A stretch of 42,968 nt of DNA from an uncultured Candidatus Saccharibacteria bacterium. GTDB lineage: Bacteria > Patescibacteriota > Saccharimonadia > Saccharimonadales > Saccharimonadaceae. The notes beneath the pieces are model-generated. The model had not been told where the DNA came from. It did no database searches and worked only from the letters and a program-made list of their open reading frames with translations. The stretch is taken from positions 1 through 42,968 of the forward strand of contig CAYMCF010000001.1 in the NCBI GenBank assembly GCA_964388975.1, given 5' to 3'. The first letter of the stretch is position 1. Each line of letters opens with the position of its first letter. Of this stretch, positions 38,315 through 42,968 are shown one piece after another. The translations under genes were made by a program, and so were the position numbers.

Positions 38315-39238
38315 ATGGGTAAAAAGCATAAAGTGAAGAAAAGTGTGAAGAAGTTGTTATCAGTGGAAAACTCTGCAAAACTTGTGCAAAACTCAGCCAA
38401 TCATGGTGGAAAAACTGTGGAAAAGAAGCAAGAGAGTTGTGCAAAACCTATGGAAGAAACTCAGCCAACCGGTGGAAAAGTTGTGGATAAAATGCAAAAA
38501 CCGGTGCAAAAGACCGTCATTAAAGTGGAAAACTTACAAAAAAGTTTCCGTTTGCCGACTGAGCGAGCGTCTGGCCTCAAGCAGGCGATTCTCAACTGGT
38601 TCAAAGGAATCAAAGGTTATACTGAGCATCAAGTGCTTAAGGGCGTAAGCTTTGAGGTGCATCAGGGTGAGTTTATTGGTATCGTAGGGCGCAATGGCTC
38701 AGGTAAGTCGACATTGTTGAAGCTATTAGCGCAAATTTATTATCCCGAAGCGGGGAAAATTACCGTCGATGGTACGATTGTGCCGTTTATCGAGCTGGGG
38801 GTAGGGTTTAACCCAGAATTAACCGGGCGGGAAAATGTCTATCTTAATGGTGCACTACTAGGCTTCTCGCGTAAAGAAATGGACGCGATGTACACAGAAA
38901 TCGTCCGTTTTGCCGAGCTAGAGCCGTTTATGGATGCTAAACTTAAAAATTATTCTTCCGGCATGCAGGTGCGCTTAGCTTTCTCGATTGCGATTCGGGC
39001 GAAGGGCGATATCCTGATTCTTGACGAAGTCTTGGCGGTGGGAGATGCCGAGTTTCAGCAGAAGTGCAATGATTATTTTGCTAGTTTGCATGGCGAGCAA
39101 ACGGTGATTTTGGTGACGCATTCGATGGATAATGTGCGGCGGTTTTGTGACCGCGCGATTTTGATAGAAGATGGTAAAGTAGCTACCGAAGGTAGCCCGG
39201 AAGTAGTAGCAAAAGCATACGAAGGTTTGTGGAGTTAG
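38315..39238 (+). CDS. wzt: ABC polysaccharide export ATPase (Wzt/RgpD-like) with atypical ~60-aa N-terminal extension
   Basis: GRNGSGKST, ELGVGFNPELTGREN, YSSGM.VRLAF, LDEVLAVGD; no C-terminal carbohydrate-binding domain; alternative start at ATG 38492. Confidence 0.9.
   Translation: MGKKHKVKKSVKKLLSVENSAKLVQNSANHGGKTVEKKQESCAKPMEETQPTGGKVVDKMQKPVQKTVIKVENLQKSFRLPTERASGLKQAILNWFKGIKGYTEHQVLKGVSFEVHQGEFIGIVGRNGSGKSTLLKLLAQIYYPEAGKITVDGTIVPFIELGVGFNPELTGRENVYLNGALLGFSRKEMDAMYTEIVRFAELEPFMDAKLKNYSSGMQVRLAFSIAIRAKGDILILDEVLAVGDAEFQQKCNDYFASLHGEQTVILVTHSMDNVRRFCDRAILIEDGKVATEGSPEVVAKAYEGLWS
38344..38532 (-). promoter_or_regulatory. Phased, co-oriented DnaA-box array inside the wzt 5' region
   Basis: Perfect boxes at 38383, 38416, 38438, 38482; one-mismatch boxes at 38344, 38362, 38372, 38405, 38471, 38503, 38524; mostly 10-11 or 21-22 bp steps. 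Confidence 0.75.
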
Positions 39239-39245
39239 GAGGAAA

Positions 39246-40454
39246 ATGTTCGGCAAAAGTCAGAAAAAAGTGCAGCAAGTAGAGCGGAGTGCAGACTATC
39301 CCGATATTCTAGTGGTGGGAGCGGGGCTGTATGGTCTTACCATGGCGGAGCGGTTGGTAAATGAGCTCGGCAAGCGGGTCTTGTTGATTGATAAGCGCAA
39401 TCATATTGGCGGTAACTGTGCGGCGGAAATCGATTCCATTACTGGCATCGAGTGCCACAAGTATGGTTCGCACTTTTTCCATACTTCGATTCCACAAGTT
39501 TGGGAATATGCGAACCGTTTTACGCACTTTACGGATTATGTGCACCGGGTATATACCACACACAAGGGTGAAGTTTATCCTTTGCCGATTAATCTTGGCA
39601 CGATTAATCAATTTTTCCATGCCACTTATACGCCCGACCAAGCAAAACAAGTGATTGCCGAGCAGGCGACCAGCGCGCCAGCCGAGCCAGCTAATTTGGC
39701 CGAGCAGGGAATTTCGCTGATTGGGCGATCACTCTTTGAAGCTTTCATTAAGAATTACACCGCTAAGCAATGGCAAACCCCGGCTGAGGAGCTGGTACCG
39801 GATATTATTAAGCGTTTGCCGGTGCGCTATAATTATAACAATAATTATTTTAACGATGCACACGAAGGTTTGCCGGCGGATGGCTATAACGCTTGGTTCC
39901 AAAATATGGTGGCCAGCTGTGGCGAGAAGCTGGAGGTGCGCCTGGAGACGGATTTCTTTACTGATCCGTACGTTCAGGAACTGCGCGCGGCAGGGGTGCT
40001 GATTATCTATACTGGCCCAGTTGATCAGTTCTATGATTATCGTTACGGCGAGCTGAGGTGGCGCAGTCTGAAGTTTGAGAAAGAAGTCCTCAATGTCGAA
40101 GACTATCAAGGCTGCGCAGTGATGAACTATGCCGATCTGGAACCAGAATATACTCGGATTTTGGAGTTTAAACATTTCCATCCAGAGCGTAATTATGGCG
40201 GCTACGCGGCTGGTGCACACAAGACGGTAATCGTACGCGAATATAGCAAAACCTGGACCCGCGGCGAGGAGCCGTATTATCCAGTCAATACAGCGGAAGA
40301 TCGTGAGATTCTCGCTAAATATCGAGAGCTGGCGGCTACGGAAACTCAAGTAATTTTTGGTGGGCGGCTGGGTGAATATGCTTACTATGATATGGATAAA
40401 ACAATTACTGCGGCGCTGAACAAATTTACAGAGATTAAGGAACAATTAGCATAA
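39246..40454 (+). CDS. glf: UDP-galactopyranose mutase
   Basis: VVGAGLYG, R.HIGGN, HKYGSHFFHT, YT.KQW, RLPVR, EPYYP, GRLGEYAYYDMD. Confidence 0.96.
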   Translation: MFGKSQKKVQQVERSADYPDILVVGAGLYGLTMAERLVNELGKRVLLIDKRNHIGGNCAAEIDSITGIECHKYGSHFFHTSIPQVWEYANRFTHFTDYVHRVYTTHKGEVYPLPINLGTINQFFHATYTPDQAKQVIAEQATSAPAEPANLAEQGISLIGRSLFEAFIKNYTAKQWQTPAEELVPDIIKRLPVRYNYNNNYFNDAHEGLPADGYNAWFQNMVASCGEKLEVRLETDFFTDPYVQELRAAGVLIIYTGPVDQFYDYRYGELRWRSLKFEKEVLNVEDYQGCAVMNYADLEPEYTRILEFKHFHPERNYGGYAAGAHKTVIVREYSKTWTRGEEPYYPVNTAEDREILAKYRELAATETQVIFGGRLGEYAYYDMDKTITAALNKFTEIKEQLA

Positions 40455-41515
40455 TGCAAACTAAAAGTGTGGGCGAAGGCAAATATTTACCCTTAATTTC
40501 GGTGATAATTCCGGTCTATAATGTGGCCAAAGTGCTAGAACGCTGTGTCGAATCGGTACGTGCACAGGTTTATCCTAATCTCGAGATTATCTTAATAGAC
40601 GATGGTTCGACCGATATGAGCGGAGCGTTTTGTGAAGTTTTTGCCAAAAAAGATCGGCGTATCAAAGTCATCCACCAAAGTAACCAAGGCCTCTCGGCGG
40701 CACGCAACGCGGGGCTAAAAATTGCCAAGGGTAAATGGGTGACTTTTGTAGACTCGGATGATTCGATCCGCCCCGATATGATAGACATATTGCATAGATT
40801 GTGCTATACTAACCGAACAAAAATGTCGATTTGCGGTTTTTATGAAGTCAGAAAAGATGGTGAGGGACAAATTATTCCAAAACAACAGCCTACCGAGCGT
40901 GTGCTTAGCACAATGGAATGTTTGCGGGCGATGCTATGCGAGGAAGGCTTCTCGATGTCGGCTTGGGGTAAGCTCTACGCGCGGGAACTGTTTGACTTGG
41001 TGACTTTTCCGGAACACCGCTTGTACGAGGATGTGGGCACTACTTACAAGCTAGTTTTGCAATGTCCAGAGATTGCGGTGACTTCGGCGCAAGAGTATAA
41101 TTATTACCAAAATGCCGATTCGATTACTAAGCAGAGTTTTTCGCTCCGAAAAATGGATCTAATTGACCTGACTGATCAAATGTGTGACGATATTGTGGAG
41201 TGGGGCAAATCTCGCAGCCCGCAAGACCAGCGAATGCTAGCAAACCTTACTAAAAAACGGCGGATGCACGCGCGGTTTAGCATTTTGCGGCAAATTGTGC
41301 TAGTGGATGAGCATACTAGTACGGTGGATGCCAAATCTCTGCAGCACGCCGAGCAGAACGTGGTAAAATATCTGCGCCAGCATAAGGCGGATATCCTGAA
41401 GAATCCTTTGACTACTCGCCGGGATAAACTAGCGATGCGTTCGCTGCAGCTGGGCGTGCCGGCTTTTAAATTTGCTTGGCAGAAGTATGCGAAGAGCAGA
41501 GAAGAGCAAAAGTAA
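40454..41515 (+). CDS. Family 2 glycosyltransferase
   Basis: ISVIIPVYN, IDDGSTD, GLSAARN, FVDSDD, AWGKLY, YED. Confidence 0.9.
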   Translation: MQTKSVGEGKYLPLISVIIPVYNVAKVLERCVESVRAQVYPNLEIILIDDGSTDMSGAFCEVFAKKDRRIKVIHQSNQGLSAARNAGLKIAKGKWVTFVDSDDSIRPDMIDILHRLCYTNRTKMSICGFYEVRKDGEGQIIPKQQPTERVLSTMECLRAMLCEEGFSMSAWGKLYARELFDLVTFPEHRLYEDVGTTYKLVLQCPEIAVTSAQEYNYYQNADSITKQSFSLRKMDLIDLTDQMCDDIVEWGKSRSPQDQRMLANLTKKRRMHARFSILRQIVLVDEHTSTVDAKSLQHAEQNVVKYLRQHKADILKNPLTTRRDKLAMRSLQLGVPAFKFAWQKYAKSREEQK

Positions 41516-41590
41516 GATCTTGGGCTAAGTAGTAGCATTATGGCCAACTGCTAAGCTAACCTTAAGATAGCCTTAAAATTTTTCAAATTA

Positions 41591-41631
41591 AAATTCCCAA
41601 AACTTCGCAAAAATCAAAGTTGTGGGAATTT
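41591..41631. terminator. Inverted repeat between convergent genes
   Basis: AAATTCCCAAAACTT / AAGTTGTGGGAATTT: 15-bp stem with one mismatch and an 11-nt loop. Confidence 0.55.
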
Positions 41632-41664
41632 ACAGGGGTGATTTTGGTGTGATGAAAGTAGGGA

Positions 41665-42966
41665 TTAATCGATTGGAATGACACAGCGCACAGAAACGCC
41701 TATATAGCGACTAGGATAATTGTTTGGGCTTAAAGAGTATGAGTTAAATTGCAGAGCGTAAGCGTATGGTGGATTATCATTTATTTTAAGCGCTGTGCTA
41801 GACCAGTAATAACCGCCTCCAGGTACAGGAGCGGATGCATTTAGCCAGCCAGCACCGGAAAAGAAACCGCCACTAAAGACCGCACCATTAGTGGCAGTAG
41901 TAATGCCAAAGCTATTACCTAAGGTAGCATCAGTTTGATTAGTTTTCCAGGCATTAGCAGGAGTAATTTGGCTAGATCCATCCATTACCAGCTTATTAAA
42001 ACTACCGTTCACAGTGTTACCTCTTTTAGAGGTAGGCAATTTCCAACCCTTTGAGCAAATGCTTCCGGAGGCTTCTCCAGAGGTTATCTCGCTAGTTCCG
42101 GTACTGGCCGTAGCGGCATACCAGGTATAATAGGCGCCATATTTATTAGTGTCATTGTCTGGGTTGTCTTTGTACGGATAGTAGACTTTATTTGTGTCCG
42201 TAAGCTTATCGGTCCAAGGAGAAGTGGAAGCTGGGATTGTATAATTACTCGTGACGTTAGAATCGGCTGAAGTAATAGCTTTGTTGGTTAGGTTCATATT
42301 CTGCAGCATCCAGCAATTACCATCCCGCAATCTACCTACGATGTAGCTTTCTGCTACATCGTCATTGGTATACCCGCCACCACGAGCATCACGTAGTACT
42401 AATAATGGCACTTGCTTTGGATTATTGCTAGTGGGGGCATCTACTTGTTTACAAACATCCGCCGTCATACTTTGCATAGTCAGGATGCCAGAGTTCTTGG
42501 TAGTACCGTCTGGGAGTTGCCACAAGCCTACGGCAAACTTAGGTACTGCCGCGAGTGAGAGCATGGCACTGGTATGATAAGTACCAGAAAAATCATCCTT
42601 ACCGAACTTAGCTCCAAAGACTAGCCTCTTAGTAAAGGTAGCATTGTAATCAGTTGGTGCAGCATTCTCCAATAGACCGTTAGCAAGGCTATTAGCATAA
42701 GTACCAAGCTTGGGCATGCCATAATAAGTTAAACTGGCTTCATCACTATCTAAGTTATCACTCCAAGCCCAGCCCCAGCTACCTTCAGCCATAGTAGTCA
42801 TATTAGTACCAGTAGCATTAGCTAGCACAACGTTCTGGTCTTCGTTGAGGCGCATGGCTCCATTAGCTTCCGCATAGGAGATAGTCAGGCTATAGCTACT
42901 TACGTCCGTAGCTGTAACGGTGACATTATGGCTTCGATAAGCCATACCATCAGCAGGGACTTCGGT
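41665..42966 (-). CDS. FISUMP (Fibrobacter major paralogous) domain surface protein, 5'-partial
   Basis: L.D.R....Y....L.DGNCWM.QN, YGAYYTWYAATA, ICSKGWKLPT, YYWSST, G.SVRCV; frame stays open to the window edge (TEVPADGM...). Confidence 0.82.
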   Translation of the reverse strand, partial: TEVPADGMAYRSHNVTVTATDVSSYSLTISYAEANGAMRLNEDQNVVLANATGTNMTTMAEGSWGWAWSDNLDSDEASLTYYGMPKLGTYANSLANGLLENAAPTDYNATFTKRLVFGAKFGKDDFSGTYHTSAMLSLAAVPKFAVGLWQLPDGTTKNSGILTMQSMTADVCKQVDAPTSNNPKQVPLLVLRDARGGGYTNDDVAESYIVGRLRDGNCWMLQNMNLTNKAITSADSNVTSNYTIPASTSPWTDKLTDTNKVYYPYKDNPDNDTNKYGAYYTWYAATASTGTSEITSGEASGSICSKGWKLPTSKRGNTVNGSFNKLVMDGSSQITPANAWKTNQTDATLGNSFGITTATNGAVFSGGFFSGAGWLNASAPVPGGGYYWSSTALKINDNPPYAYALQFNSYSLSPNNYPSRYIGVSVRCVIPID

Positions 42967-42968
42967 AG

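Noticed and set aside
38344-38532. Second replication origin
   Set aside because: No DnaA trios or AT-rich unwinding element nearby; kept as a binding array only
39729-40445. 238-aa antisense ORF
   Set aside because: Shadow of glf with no motifs or initiation signals
1-42968. tRNA, rRNA, CRISPR array or transposase
   Set aside because: None recognised; intergenic spaces are short and otherwise explained

Overview
Chromosomal window spanning the replication origin of what looks like a Candidatus Saccharibacteria (TM7, Patescibacteria) genome. The taxon is inferred from gene content and style; the standard genetic code is used. Left to right: (1) four tandem VirB2-like pilin paralogs, divergent from a monoderm-type T4SS operon (VirB6-like, PrgI/VirB3-like, VirB4-associated, VirB4, large membrane protein, lysozyme+NlpC/CHAP-like hydrolase, PEGA-like protein); (2) an intergenic region with DnaA boxes and a 126-nt palindromic structured element; (3) recF-dnaN-oriC-dnaA / rpmH-rnpA-yidC-jag; (4) an LCP protein, a short LexA-like regulator and a ricin-lectin surface protein; (5) a ~15 kb surface-glycan locus (GlfT2-like, WecB, GT4, GT2s, YfhO, GtrA, Wzm/Wzt, Glf); (6) a partial FISUMP-domain gene. 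The most unusual signals are a helically phased, head-to-tail DnaA-box array inside the 5' reading frame of wzt about 21 kb from oriC, a further DnaA-box cluster at the end of the T4SS operon, the palindromic element, and recurrent leaderless promoter geometry (-10 hexamer 6-9 nt before ATG). All calls were made by eye; no searches were run.
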